Shown one piece after another: positions 51,301 through 64,000 of a stretch of DNA of 64,000 nucleotides. Source of the DNA: Klebsormidium nitens (Eukaryota; Plantae; Klebsormidiophyceae); assembly GCA_000708835.1 (NCBI GenBank), contig DF237440.1, positions 1-64,000 of the forward strand, written 5' to 3'. Made by a program: the position numbers and the translations under genes. The notes beneath the pieces are model-generated. The model was given only the letters and a program-made list of their open reading frames with translations, did not search any database and was not told the DNA's origin. How positions within the stretch are numbered: the stretch's first letter is position 1; the number at the start of each line of letters is the position of its first letter.

Positions 51301-54300
51301 TAAGGCTCAAACAGTTGGCTTTTTTCGACAGGCTTTTGGTCTCCATCTGAACTGCAGCCTCTCTATTGTCCACATTCATTGCGAGAGCAAAGAAAAGAGG
51401 AAATACGGCGATCCAAGGTAACTCAGTGACGTAAGGCGTTGATTTGCACGAACAAATTTGAGAAGAACGACACGAAATGAAGAACCGCAAAATTCTCTGA
51501 AGCAAGGACACCTTTCACCAGAAGCAAAAACCGGCTAAAACTTTTCTATGTCAGCGGATAAGAAAGAGCGTCGGCTGACCTTCTAGCGCCATCTCCGGTG
51601 ACGTAATATCCCTTGTATGTCGAGAAGTAGGTCTGTTGGAACCTCTCGTGATCTCCAAACAGCGTGCGTGCGATACCTGCCAAGCCCACAGAGCGAATGT
51701 TGCGACACAAAAGCGCGCATGACATCCAACAAGCTGAGGACCTTGGGCGGGTGAATATGAAACTGATTTCTGCCGGCTGATTGACACCGGACGTGAAGCA
51801 GTGGAAAGTCGCCAGAGTTATTGGCAACAGCGTGCAGCTCCCTGTTGGCAATTCTAGAAGCACGTTTGCCGGTGATAAAAACGAAAGATGCGGGCACAGG
51901 AAGGTTTCAGATTCTGCAGGAGATGCTGAGCTAAGTCTGCATGTGCGCGACTCTCGCCGCCGCGGATCACGCCTTCAGAGCTTCATCACACTGCCTTTCC
52001 CAGACGCGCTTGCGATGACGGCTCAAAAGCACCATCTTGGCTCCCCCAGAGTCACGGAACCGGCATTACAGTCGCCTGGAACTCGGCCGCTTGGTCATAA
52101 ACGGAACAACCGAAGCGATAGGCGGAATGCTTGAAGATCGCAATGAGTTTCCAGTACGCTCCCTTTCAACGAAATCGTGGGCTATCATTTGGGAGGCAAA
52201 GGGGGTACACGGGGCAAAAGCGCTCTTGAACAAGGTACGATTGCGCCAATCGCACCTGTTTCTTACGAACTTTCTTCGGAACGGACTTGGCGCTGAACGG
52301 GACGGTTAGAACCCCTTGAGTCTTCAAAAAGCAAGATTCAGGAAAAGCTCACCGGGCCAGGGCCCTTTGATCCGAGGTTCCCGTCAATTTTGCTCTCCTT
52401 CTTTCCTTCTCGTCGAGCAGCAACGGCTGACCGCCGGACGGAATGGCTGAGAGAACCCGTTTGCCAAGTCGAATAAATCTCACAAGAACGAAACAAGAAA
52501 GGCCCAAACAGCTTGCCAGGCCAGTGCGCAGATCCCTGTCAGTCGCTCCTCTCTCTCGCGGCCCTTCTCGTCAAGCAGTACAGGCTGACCGTTGAACGGA
52601 ATGGCTAAGAGGACCCCGTTCGCTAAAACGAGATTATGCACCCGAAAGAAAAACAAGAAAAGCAAAGAACAGCTCACCAGGCCAGGGCGCTTTGATACAC
52701 AAGTTCCCGTCGGTCGCGCCTTCTTTCTCGCGGCCCTTCTCGTCGAGCAGGACAGGTTGGACACCGAAGAAAGGAAGCGTGGCGGAGCCCGGCTTCAGGT
52801 CCCAAGCCCCGGCCATCGGAGAAATCTGCATTTGCAGGAATTTGGGTCAGGTGCAGGAATGTAACCCTACCTTTGAGAAAATAGGCAAACTCTGTCAATC
52901 AGAGAAGATAATCAGATGCTCACGTTCGGATTCTATCGATTGGTAGGGTTCAACGGAACACCAAAAACGATCGCAGACTGCCTTGACACTCCAATTTTGT
53001 GTTTCTGAGTGGGGATATTTTGGGTATTTTACATTCGCACTCACCATGTTGCCCCCAGTCTCGGTCTGCCACCACGTGTCGACGATTGGGCAGCGACCGT
53101 CTCCAACAACGTCGAAGTACCACCTGACAAGAAGCAAGGAATCCCGATCCGTTTTAAGCTTGAGGTGCACGTGGCTCCAATAACTTGTCCCCGAAAAAAG
53201 AGCTACAAGACGCGCTCGATGAACGTGCGAAATTGGGTCTCTTCAATATCACTTCCTCGAGCACTGGAAAGCTAGGAGGTCAGGAAAACGGACATTCGGA
53301 TTTCATTATCTTGGTCACCAAAAGCGGTAATAACGTTGCATACAGCGGCACAGAAGAAGCGGCAAAAGCCAATGTGTTTGTACAATCAAACCAAAAATAT
53401 AAACGCGAGCGCCATCGCACAAAAGCAGAAGACCCGTTCGCTCGACTCACCACCAGGCTTTGGGGTTGATGGGCTCGCCCACCGTTCCCAACACCCGGAG
53501 CGACTTCCGCGAGTACTTCTTCACAAACTGCAGCAACACCGAGAGTAGCAGACCTTAGCAGTGCACTTGTCACAGATAACATGGGCATCTTTTGAGGGCT
53601 GACTTCCCACGTTGCCATTGCATTTGGGCAGCAATGGACACCTCGTTTTCTAGTCCGCAAACTCCGTCTGCTCACGACTTGTATGCAGATACACCACATC
53701 AATAGAAGCGAAACGAAGCCCACTCACCGAATCTTCGAACTCGTCTCCGCTTCCTTTTCCCTGATCTTTTGTCTCGAAGACGTGGCTTCAAACCTCGTTG
53801 GCTTACTTACCGAGGCACAGAGCGTGCAGAAGGCCTGCAAAGGCTATCAGACTCACGCAAAGAAACAAAAGCTTTGGTGGCAGCAAACTCTCCAAGGAAG
53901 GAAACAGATCTACGAGAACCTGTTCAAATGCTCACCCGGTCGCTTTCCTTCCCGATGGAGCGGATGGCCGTGTGTGCCGTGTAAAAGATGGTCCTTCTAT
54001 ACTTGTCCACAAGAGACCTTTCAACTCAGAGACAGAACCACAGAATCGCTAGCAGCAAACCAGATGAAGACAATGGATAGTGCGGCTCTTGGGAACTGCT
54101 CACCCGGTCGCCTTCCTTCTCCATGGAGCGGATGGCCGTGGGTGCCGTGTAAAAGATGGACACCTTGTACTTGTCCACGATCTGCCAGCACCGTCCGGCG
54201 TCCGGATACGTGGGCACCTACGGACACAAGCAACAGATTAACATAACCTTGAGGCCTAGTGGCAGCCTCTGCTTTGGACCACTCTGCTGAAGCTCGATTC

Positions 54301-57300
54301 GCAGGTCCAATGCACAATATAAACTCTCCTTCTGCCAAAGTGCACACCGATCACTCAAGCGCAATCGCACTCAACTGCCGCCCACACAAGCTGCCAGACG
54401 ACATAATTTCCGTAGCCTACTTTTTGACATTTTTAGATGGAGAACTTCAGCGAAGAGAACGAGAAGCAGTCATCGTAATAAATGCACTCAAATGACAAAG
54501 AACTTACGCCCTCAAAAACAACGCACGTGGCCCCGTTCAGCAGTGGTCCGTAAGCCAGGTACGTGTGCCCAGTGATCCAGCCGCAGTCCGCTGTGCACCT
54601 GTTTAGAAGCCGAAATCAAAGGTTAAGCGCTGCGGTGACGTCACTAAACTTTGTCAGCACTGCAAGTACATACTTTGCGCCGATTTCCAGTCTCTTGAGT
54701 TCTCACACAGAAACAAGAAGAGAACCTAAAAAGACAACTTAAAATCCGAACCGCCCGATGTTTTTCTCGTTGCGCTGAGTCCGCGATCTGATTTATGTTT
54801 ATTTCGATACAGAACATGTCAGGATGGGATTAGGAAAGCGAGTTCTTACCAGAATACATCATCGTCGTGATAGTCGAAAGTGAACTTGAAAGTCGTCGCG
54901 GCGTAGACCATGTAGCCCCCAACAGTGTGCATCACGCCCTGCACAAGCCACGCGTCTGATCAGCATAATTCCCAGAACTGAGATACTGAGGGGAGTAGTA
55001 CGGCGCTTTTAAGAAAGTAGCTCTTGGTTGGATAAACACAACTTGAGTGAGCCCTTCAAACGCTGCCAGAGGGGCTCAACCATTACAACAGCCTTTGGAA
55101 GCTCACGGCATCGAAGCCTATTTCCTCTCACCACATGCGTAGCATGAGAGGGTCTCTTCCTTCTCCAACACTTACCGAACGCTCATTTTCTGCAATCCTG
55201 AGCTGAATCTGATTGAGTAAGTCTCCAGGTTCAGCAACTCGCAGATCAGTCCTCACCTTAGGTTTGCCGGTACTCCCGCTCGTGTACAGCATAAAGAGCG
55301 GGTCCTCGGAGTCCATCCACTCGACGGGCGCGTTCTTTGACTGCCGGGGGATGACGTCCTGCCACCAAACGTCGCGCCCGTTCTTCCAGGCGGTGTCAGA
55401 GCGTTTGGTGGCGTTGGCATTCTCAAAAACGAGGCTCTGACCTGCGGAGGGAGGGTCAGGGTCCAATGAGTTGTGGGAAAGCGAAAGTGTTCGGAGACTA
55501 GGCCTTCTGTTTCTGAGGTTAGCCAGCACGAAAAAGAGTCGACGTTCGAAACAGGCGCCACTGTAAGATTAGGAAATACTTAAGGATAGCTGGGACTTTA
55601 AGGTTGTCACTTTGAATCAGTTCGTGTTTAAAGTACCCGGTAGTAACCGAAGAACAAAACCAAATGAAAAGTTTTAAGGAAAGCAATGTATAAGGTCGGC
55701 ATCGTGTAGCTTACGTATAATTCCTACCTGTAGCAAAGGAAAAGGCATTTGTAAGACCTTTGTGTTTTTATATTGAGGGTGCCGACCTTGACAATTCAAA
55801 TTTTTCGGCCCAGACGTGCCTGAGAGACCTAGGAACCGCGCAGATGCCAGCGCAGTCAAGAACGAAAATGGGAGAACAGAAGGTGGAAGTAGATTTGCAG
55901 CACCCCCCCACAATCATGCGGAAAAAGTCAAGATGCGTCAAAGCCAGTCAGGAAACAGCACCAGTTTCCAGGAAGCCCAGAACCATTCTACGGACAAAGT
56001 TAGGAAAGGCTGAGTGAAGCCGCTGCTACTTGCCAACTCGGACCCCTTCCTTCTTCTCGCACAGCTCGAGCGCTTTGTCCGCGATCTCCTTGAGGTTCAG
56101 CACCTTGGCGCCCCGGCGGACGGCGTTGCACGTGACCAGCAGCTTCGGACGGCAGTCGGACATGCGGCCGGCCAGAGACTCCGCGCTGAACCCGCCAAAC
56201 ACAACCTGTGGAGAGGCGAAAGCAGGGCTTATATATGTTATGAAAGTTGTGGAGGGGGTGTGACGAGTGAGAACGATTGTCCTTGTAAGTGACTCGCAGC
56301 TTTCGGCGTGATGCCCGCCCAGGGGTTCTGCACTACCATTGCCAGAGACGTATCCAGAAGGAAAGCAAGAAACGCCTGAATAAAGAAGTCGATTAGGGCA
56401 AGAAGCATATGTGGACCAAGATATCTGATGACCAACAACTTTGGATGGCAATCCACCTGGTTGTAAGAGAGAACAGGCAGTCAGGCTGGCAACAGCAATT
56501 TCCTTCAAAAAACACGCACTGCGGTTTGCGACCCCAATCTCCTGTTGTCGCCAACCTAAGTGCGTGCTCGTACATGAAACCAGATGGGTTCTTCTTGCTT
56601 GATACGCTATTGCAGAAAAAAAGAAACTTCCTTCGCCATACCAAACCGGAAGCATGCGGAATGAGGGCCCAAGACCGGGGTGGAACTGCAACGTAAACGA
56701 TATACATTTTCTGCAAGACGATGTCCAGATTTGCAACGAGGTGACTTGTTGTAAGAGCCTTCCCTTGCTGATATTTCACCATGATAACTCACCGAGTGGA
56801 TCGCCCCGATGCGCGCGCAGGCGAGCATGGTGGCCGGGAGCTCGGGGACCATGGGCATGTAGATGCACACCGTGTCGCCCTTCTTGACTCCGAGCGACCG
56901 CAAGTAGTTGGCAATCTGCACACGAGGTTTCGACGCACGTAAGCGTTGAATCTTGGAGCGTCCAAACAAAATGAGAAACCCGCCTTTGGAAGGTGACAGG
57001 CAAATGTTTAGCGAGAGCACGCTCGCTCGGTGTAAGACTCAGGAGGTGCAAGCGATCCGAAGCATAGAACCGCTATTACGTCTCACCGCTCACTGCAAGA
57101 GAGCAGTGATACCTCAGCGAGAGCATTTGTACTTTATTGGTAAATCGAGTCCCAAGAGCCGATTGATCTTTATCTGGCCAAAAGCACAATGGATAACATT
57201 TGGGTATAATTCGAGAAAAAGCATACCTGAATAACAACAACTGCGTACCTGACAGACCAGCTCCAGCATGTTCTGATACGTCAGCCGCCGGTCGATGCCG

Positions 57301-59404
57301 ACGTCATTGCCCTCAAACAGGATGGCGGCCTTGTTGCCGTTCCCGCTCAGCACGTGGCGGTCCAAGGCGTTGAAGCACACGTTCGTCCGGCCTCCCGGGA
57401 ACCACTGCAAAGGAAAAGCAGTGATGAGAAGCGTGAGCTGATAGGTCTTGTGAGAAGATTGTGTCACATCTTCGGCAATAGTGCCTTTAAGTCTTTGCCC
57501 GTCAAGTTGAGCAAGGGAAAGCTTCCCTTCGAAGTATCCAGCCAATATCGACAGGCCTGCCACGAGACAGGTGAGCTAGGCCGAAGCTTTGCACCCCCCC
57601 AACCGAAGGGCTTTCCAAAGCTCGTCCCTGACCCGTCATGCCTAAGCATCGTCATTCGCTTATGACTTGATCGACCCCTTCAAAAGCTGCCCAATGTGAC
57701 GTTGTTGAGCCCCTTGTCCACGTCTGACTCGCAGCTGCTCATCCAATCAAAGTCCCGCTTGATGGGTGGAAGTCTCCTGAAATCGTCTTCTGAAAGGACG
57801 CCTTCCTCGACCTTACCACTTTCCTACCAAAGCACTTCAACATCTGATCTACAAAAGGACAAACCTTGACGTAGATGGGCCCCTTGTCCAGGTTGAAGTT
57901 GTAGCTGCAAATCGGCTGTCCCTTGTCCCACGGTCGTTCCCAGTGCAGCTGCGCCGCAATGCTGCCCCAAAAGCTCTGGGGGTCCTCAACCGACCACCGG
58001 TACATCGCCTCGTACTGCAGAGGGAGTAAAGCCGGTTCACAAACTGACGGCAAGCTGTATTTGATTATGTGTCTCGCCTTAGCTTCATCATGTCTCGCTT
58101 CAGCTTCAGAGAATGAAAAGCCATTGCAATTCGGATGGCATACTAGAGTTGTATTAGTTTGTTCCTTATCCATTTGGTTTCGGGGTCTTCATTCTTTCTC
58201 GAGACTGTGAGATCGTTTGCACTTGTTCCTTGGCCATTTGGCCTCAGAGTCTTCATTCTTCTCGAGACTGTGAGATCGTTTGCGCTGAGGTTTCTCTAGT
58301 CTTTTGCAAGAGACACATTGACGGCTATAACCTTCCCTTTCTCGACTTGAGGCAGCGGTGAACCCTTAATCACCCAATCCAACGCAAGGCACTGGCCGCT
58401 GCATTCAAACAAACCCCAGGCAATTGCTTCTTTGAAGAAGAAACTTTCTGTGTAAAGCTTTTGACCGCTGGCCGCACTCAAGCCTACTTCAAACTTCTAT
58501 CAGCGACCGCTTGAAATGGCAAACCATTTCTTACATGAATCTGTGCATCAGAAGAGACTTGTTTGGAGAGAGGCAAACTGCTCAGTCCAGGAGATAGATA
58601 CTCAAGAGACAGCTCCTCCAAAGGGAGTGGCCTTGAATCAGTATTGAGCTTGAGTCGCAAAAGGCATCAGTTACCTGCTTGCGAGAGAGGATGTGGGGCC
58701 AGTGGTTCCTGTGGAATGCAGTTCCAACGTCCACTGCCTCATTCTTCCCGTGAGGCTTGTCTCCACCAGCGGAAGAGCACACCCGGCTGCTAACGTCATC
58801 CTGGACAGCTTCTGTGGACCGGGATGTAGTATCTGCACAGCGGTTTGGAAAGGGTCAGCGCCAATCCCAGAATCAATTTCGGGTAAGAGGTAAAGCAGAT
58901 TTTTCATTCCTCTTTTACAAGCCTGCTGAGAACCTGGTTGTTGAAAAGCTACAAATGACATCATTCTTCTGCAGGCTTTCTCTCTCCAAGGGGTGGGCTT
59001 GAATTCACATACATCACATGCATGCCCCAGTAGACAAACGCACGTAAGCATGTCATGAGCGTCAAAGTCAGGCTCAGAGCAAACGCTTCAACGGGGGGGC
59101 ATAGATGCCTTCTCGAACCATGTTCCCCACAACAGATGCTCTGCCCAATCAGTGGGGCTACCTGAAGTTGGTCAGCTCTCAGTTGCTTATCTATCCCATC
59201 TACCTGCACCTCAAGACATGCTTTACTTTAGCTGCTACTTCTCATGATGGTGTCATCCCCAGAAACATTTGCAACCTTCTTAAGGAATGCACAAATAGCA
59301 ATACAGTGAACAGGAGTAATAGCCTGCGGTGAAAGGTACTCACAAGGTACCAGATGCCTGAGCGTTGTAGCCACCCTCCGTGCTGCATGTGCACTTGCCA
59401 GCAT
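48350..59404 (-). CDS. ACS: Acetyl-CoA synthetase (acetate--CoA ligase), multi-exon, with a gap inside
   Basis: Exons include 59404-59344, 58832-58675, 58014-57865, 57404-57249, 56915-56793, 56205-56034 (GC donor), 55441-55257, 54938-54850, 54598-54508, 54217-54104, 53527-53451, 53123-53045, about 52836-52676, about 51676-51580, about 51263-51201, about 50790-50700, 50066-gap, gap-48997, 48415-48350. Motifs: [69 protein letters not shown]. Confidence 0.95.
49138..50042. other. Assembly gap (N run) inside the ACS gene
   Basis: Run of N flanked by in-frame ACS coding sequence. Confidence 1.
58188..58284. repeat. Short direct repeat (about 35 bp, 2 copies) in an ACS intron
   Basis: TCTTCATTCTTYCTCGAGACTGTGAGATCGTTTGC at about 58188 and about 58250. 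Confidence 0.8.
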
Positions 59405-62373
59405 CACCTCAGACTCAGACAGCTCGTCACGTTGATTTCTTTGGGATTGCATTGTCTTGTGTTCTTGAAAGCCCCAATGCCAATTCAACACCAAGCGCCC
59501 GCAGTCTGCAAGACAACAACCTTGTGTAAGCGAGAATAAATGTTTCCATGTGACAAGCTGAGGCACATGGCTGCGAAGACAACTTTCTGTCTGCAAAGTC
59601 AACTTTCTGTCTGATCAACAAAGCACAGGGGAGGAACATTCTGACTGGGAAATCAGGAAAACCCTGCACCACCTGTGGTGGGTTTTCTAATCAAGGCACA
59701 TGCAAAATTATTGCTTCAATGCGACCTAAAGAACCAGAAACAAATGTGCAACGTTGGGAAACATACAACCCAGGTGCAATTGAAAGCCTTACGAGTCTGC
59801 TCTTATCCCAAAACTTCGATCAGCAATACTTTGGCTGCTGCAAAAGAGAAAACATTCCAAACGCAATCGCAATCACAAATGAAAGCTGTACACTGCACAG
59901 GGGGAACTTGCACACTCCTAGAGAATCTAATGACAAGCCAGAATTTCATTACAAGGATTCCAGCCTGGATTGCGCGATAGGTGCTGCCAGTAGTTGCGGC
60001 ACCCTTAACAAGTGCCCTGATTGGCAGCATATGAGCAAGCAAGCAAGTCTCGAAAATCTATCTTGCAAACCTCTCTTTTCTTCCTTGAATGTGGTGGTGG
60101 TAAGACCCTAGCGACTGTGTTTGAATCAGAGCTCAATCAGAAACAAAAGAGCGCAGACAAACGGCTCAAGCAATGCAAAAGTCACATATTATCTGGGAGA
60201 CCGTCCGAGAACAAGCGCAATTCCGAAGAAATTAGCTGTACCTTAAATACTCTAAAACCTTTGAACGCTGCTCTCCCCCTCAGGATCAGACCATAATTCT
60301 GTTGTGCAACGCATGCACACCGGCGGGCGCCTTCCTTGACTGCACGACAATACCCAAGTTGCCTTGATCACATTGCCTCCATAACGAGGCCCCTTCTTCA
60401 AACGGTTCTAGCTCCCCTTGAAGTTGTGAGGACTTCCATTGGTGCTCTAGATTTCAATGCACAGCATTTTCTGCAGCTAGCTAGCAGATTTGCTGATGCT
60501 GCGCTGTGCATGCAAGCACCAGCAGATTTTAAGGGTCAAGTATGCAGTCTGAAGTTTAACCTGACCCCTTCGGAGCCAATCGATAACAAATGGATAGCGC
60601 AAAGGGGATCCGTCACCGTCGGATAGCTCAAATCTTACCTGGAGCAGCCGGGTTAAGCGCCACCTAACACAGTGCCTACTCTATGTGCCTCTTTGAACCG
60701 GGAGCTTCTAAGGTACCGTACCGCCACTGCTTCTCTGGCCATCCGGTGCATACTGGGTGGAGCCATGTGTCAAAATGATGCGATTCTATTGGATCAATGA
60801 TCGGGGAGGGAGCCCCTTCTCCAATGGACCGCAGCGGCATGTGCGCAAAGTGGCCAGCGCCATAATTAAATGTATACCTTGATCAAACCGAGGGCTCACA
60901 CTTTTGCATAATGCACTTTGCTCATATCTGCGCGGCAGTCTGCTGCTTGAGTGCTGAAGATGCCGGCAAAGATTCCCAAGTGTCAAAAAGCCGAACCGGC
61001 CACTCACAAGATGCGGGCTGGCGCTGGCCTTGGCTCAAGCCTCAGAGCTCTGTTCACTTGTTCAGTTCAGCTCTGGGCGAAAGTCAAAGACGAACAGAAC
61101 GACTCGGACTTCGTCATTGGAATGCTCTAGCATCTCCTGCTCCGCAGAAATCTGAGCGAAGCTCTGGCAGTTGTATTCTATCAACGTTATTTGCGACAAG
61201 CTCGCTGCAAAAGCGATCCACTTTCACACTGGGAACAGCTTGCCCACCTGGAATTAAGTGTCGACTCTTGCAAGTTGTAGAGTGCGCGCCTAGCGCAACT
61301 TGGCGAGTTCGATTGGTTTTTTTTGCTAGATTGTACGTGTGCAATGCCATTGAATTCGAAACAACTCATGCTCCGCAGCATTACAAGCACTTCGTTGTAC
61401 CCCGTTGGCTAATTCAGCTTTGCTGCAATTAAGCACTGCGGAGAGCTGACGAAAGACCTCCAACGCGGGGGACAACTATTCTGTCAGCACCGTCAACGTT
61501 GTAGGCCGCCAAATGACCTAAAACAGAGAAGTGCAGCTTCTTCTTACACACCGATTGCCTACATAAACATCTTATAGCAACAAGCTGAGAAAAGCTGACT
61601 CACAGCTGATAAATCTTTATCTCTGGTTGGACTGGCTCCCTTTGTTCCGGTCAAGTTGAGCCCCTAAATGCAACCTCGGGGGGAGACAATGACAAGCACA
61701 AGTGTTTTATTTACTAACTGACTCGACCAAGAGGCCCGGCAGCTATGCGAACAGCCTTGCAGTATACATGCCGACTGGTGAGTCCTTCCCATACATCTGT
61801 GCTGGAGCTTTGATGCGCAGTGCTCAAATTCAGCTTTTGCCATTGATCGCATATGTCTGCAGACCTGTCTTTGCAGCGGAAGAGTGTAGGGTGTTTCACA
61901 ATTACACCTGGTAGTCCCTTTTTCACCAGAAGTCACTCAAAGGCTGTTCACTTTTCAGGAACCATTGCGGTGTGCGGTCTGCTAAGCCAGGTCATCCTGG
62001 ATGCCGGTCAGTGCGGAAGACCGACCCCGCACAGTGGAGAACTTGAAGTGGCCATGATGGGTATCATTACGACGTACGTACTCCTAAACCTTGCTCAACT
62101 CCTACAGGATCAATTGCACTGAAGGATGCACCAGGATTCTAGAGACGATAATGACAGTTTCTCATGCTTGAAGCTTATTTTCAACAGCAAATCGAACGAT
62201 CCTGATTCTCAAAGAAACTGAGCTGTCGTCATACGACTGCTTGATGGTCTGATCGAGAAAGAGCAGCCGCTCTGCAAAACTTGGTTCCGAATTGGGCCAA
62301 AGGCCAACTGAAACAGGGCAGATGTTGCTCCTTTTCATCCTTTGTTGAGTAATAGATCTCACATGTAGTACGT

Positions 62374-63104
62374 TTGATCTGCATCTTCATTGACCTGCCT
62401 TGCCACTTCCCTCCGATTCCCGCGACTCTTTCCTCTCCTCGTTGCAGTGTTCTAGGCGTTGCCTGCTTTGTAAGCGCGTTCATCAAGATCGTTGGACGGC
62501 AGGAATTAGACCCAAGCGGCAAGCCAACCAGCAAGGTGATTGGCGTCCAGTACAAGTTCGTCACATGGCTTGAAGTCCGGGGCTTGACGTATAAGTTAAC
62601 CGACAAAGGAAAAGCGCATTCCAAACAAGGGGGAAGAAGGAGAGGCTAGCAAGGGGAGCGATATAAGTACCAGACTGAAAAGAGAGTGAGGTGGTTTTTG
62701 GGCTGGTATTTGTGGGTCCACGCCTTGGTGAGCACCGTAGCCTTCTTCACATATACACTCACGACGTTGGTGGGAAGCACGTGCTTCTTCTACCTGCCCC
62801 CTCCGTTTAGCAAGGGTCCGCCGGCGCTTGTTGCGTTGATCTCCGCGATAGTGTTTGGCTTCCTGCCAACACCCGAGCCGGGCATCGATTTGGAGCATTT
62901 ACTTGTACCATGGCCGATGTAGCTGATGTGGCGCAAGGGGCTGCTACCAGTGGGCCACGCGCATCGTCACCGGGGGTCCCCCTCAATGCGCGCAAGAAGG
63001 ATATGGAGTCGCTGCATACGCCTGACAAGCTGGCAACGGACTCCAACAAGGGATTCCGCTTTAGGGCAGCCTTTGCTGCAGGGATCGGGCTTGGGAGAGA
63101 TTGA
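62374..63104 (+). pseudogene. Possible disrupted membrane protein gene
   Basis: ORFs 62374-62649 and 62686-62922 are in the same frame, separated by one TAG. They contain several hydrophobic segments (WFLGWYLWVHALVSTVAFFTYTLTTLVG; ALVALISAIVFGFL). No family was recognised. Confidence 0.3.
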
Positions 63105-64000
63105 GAGCCACCCCGATGACAAGTAAGATCAGTGACGGCCTACTGAATTATGTAGTAAAGAGTTTTTGAACTCCTACAAGACGGATCCAGCCTGCTAGCT
63201 ACATATCAATTTGTGCTAGTAGGAGTAGGATGTATGCCTTCTTTGGGCAATACGTATGCGTGAGTCTCAGGCGCTACGTTGGACGTTGTCTGGTCGGAGT
63301 ATAGAGCTCGCGGTTGTCCAACCATGGTACGTTGTTAGCGGCTCGATTTATACGACTAACCATGCGCAGCGGGCTTCAATTGAAAACCCGCACATGTTGA
63401 GTGCATGAACTAGGCATGCATTGCAGTCAATGCCCGATCATCTGCAAGCATGTGCATGGATAACTCATATGGCAAAGTTGCGCTTGCATGCACATATGTA
63501 TATATAGTCGGAAGGACACAACTTTCATGAAAGTATGTTTTGGATGAATTATTTCGGTTTAGCTCAGCCTAACGTGCATCATGTTTGTTGACCGTCTGGC
63601 CCGGCAATGCGCATTCGAGCATGATCTTATGCGAACATGCAGCATGACCGTACGTCAGGCGGCTGCAGAGGTCACTTTAATGTCACTCGAATTGAACGCC
63701 GCCAGCCTGTCACTTTATTATTGCATGCAAGCCTGTGACAGACGGCCCTGTTCAATGTACACGAATTGTTCATGCAATCGCTGCGCAGGCGTGGTCGGCC
63801 AACTCTGAACATGCATCGAAGGAGATTGCCCAGGTATTTATATGCAAGAATTTTGATTTGGTGTACATGATCAAGCATATTTCGATAACATTTGTCATTG
63901 CAGCCCAGCCTACCAGTCTGGACTGTTCATCTCGCGACCGCAGGTCAAAGCATGCCGCTACTTCAGAGTTTTAAGCAATCATTTCAGTTTAAAAAACCAG

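Noticed and set aside
48350-59404. ACS as a member of the proposed cluster
   Set aside because: It is a housekeeping-type enzyme with no direct role in the proposed chemistry; adjacency alone is insufficient.
63400-63500. CATGCA (RY-like) motif cluster
   Set aside because: No adjacent gene start is visible in the window, and it could be simple low-complexity sequence.

Overview
Eukaryotic, intron-rich genomic DNA with GC-rich exons, GT-AG introns and two N-gaps (38729-39708, 49138-50042). Gene content and exon style suggest a green or streptophyte alga, possibly Klebsormidium-like; this is an inference. Hand-spliced genes, left to right: (1) a nuclear, intron-containing Ycf21/DUF98 chorismate pyruvate-lyase-like gene on the minus strand that runs off the left edge; (2) head-to-head with it, a 27-exon, apparently intact NRPS-like adenylation-thiolation-thioester reductase (A-T-R, carboxylic acid reductase type) gene of about 1141 aa at 6158-21138; (3) a decayed GH1 beta-glucosidase relic; (4) a repeat-containing minus-strand ORF ending in an EAR-type DLNxxP motif; (5) two tandem membrane-anchored, animal-type UDP-glycosyltransferase copies, each disrupted by different lesions, with a Copia integrase fragment between them; (6) an acetyl-CoA synthetase gene on the minus strand with a PTS2-like N-terminus. 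The most interesting hypothesis is a partly decayed specialised-metabolite cluster: chorismate to 4-hydroxybenzoate, reduction by the CAR, glycosylation by the UGTs, and release by the GH1. Other notable features are repeated degenerate 'shadow' copies of exon ends inside introns of three unrelated genes and a dense GTAC (SBP/CuRE-like) array upstream of the second UGT.
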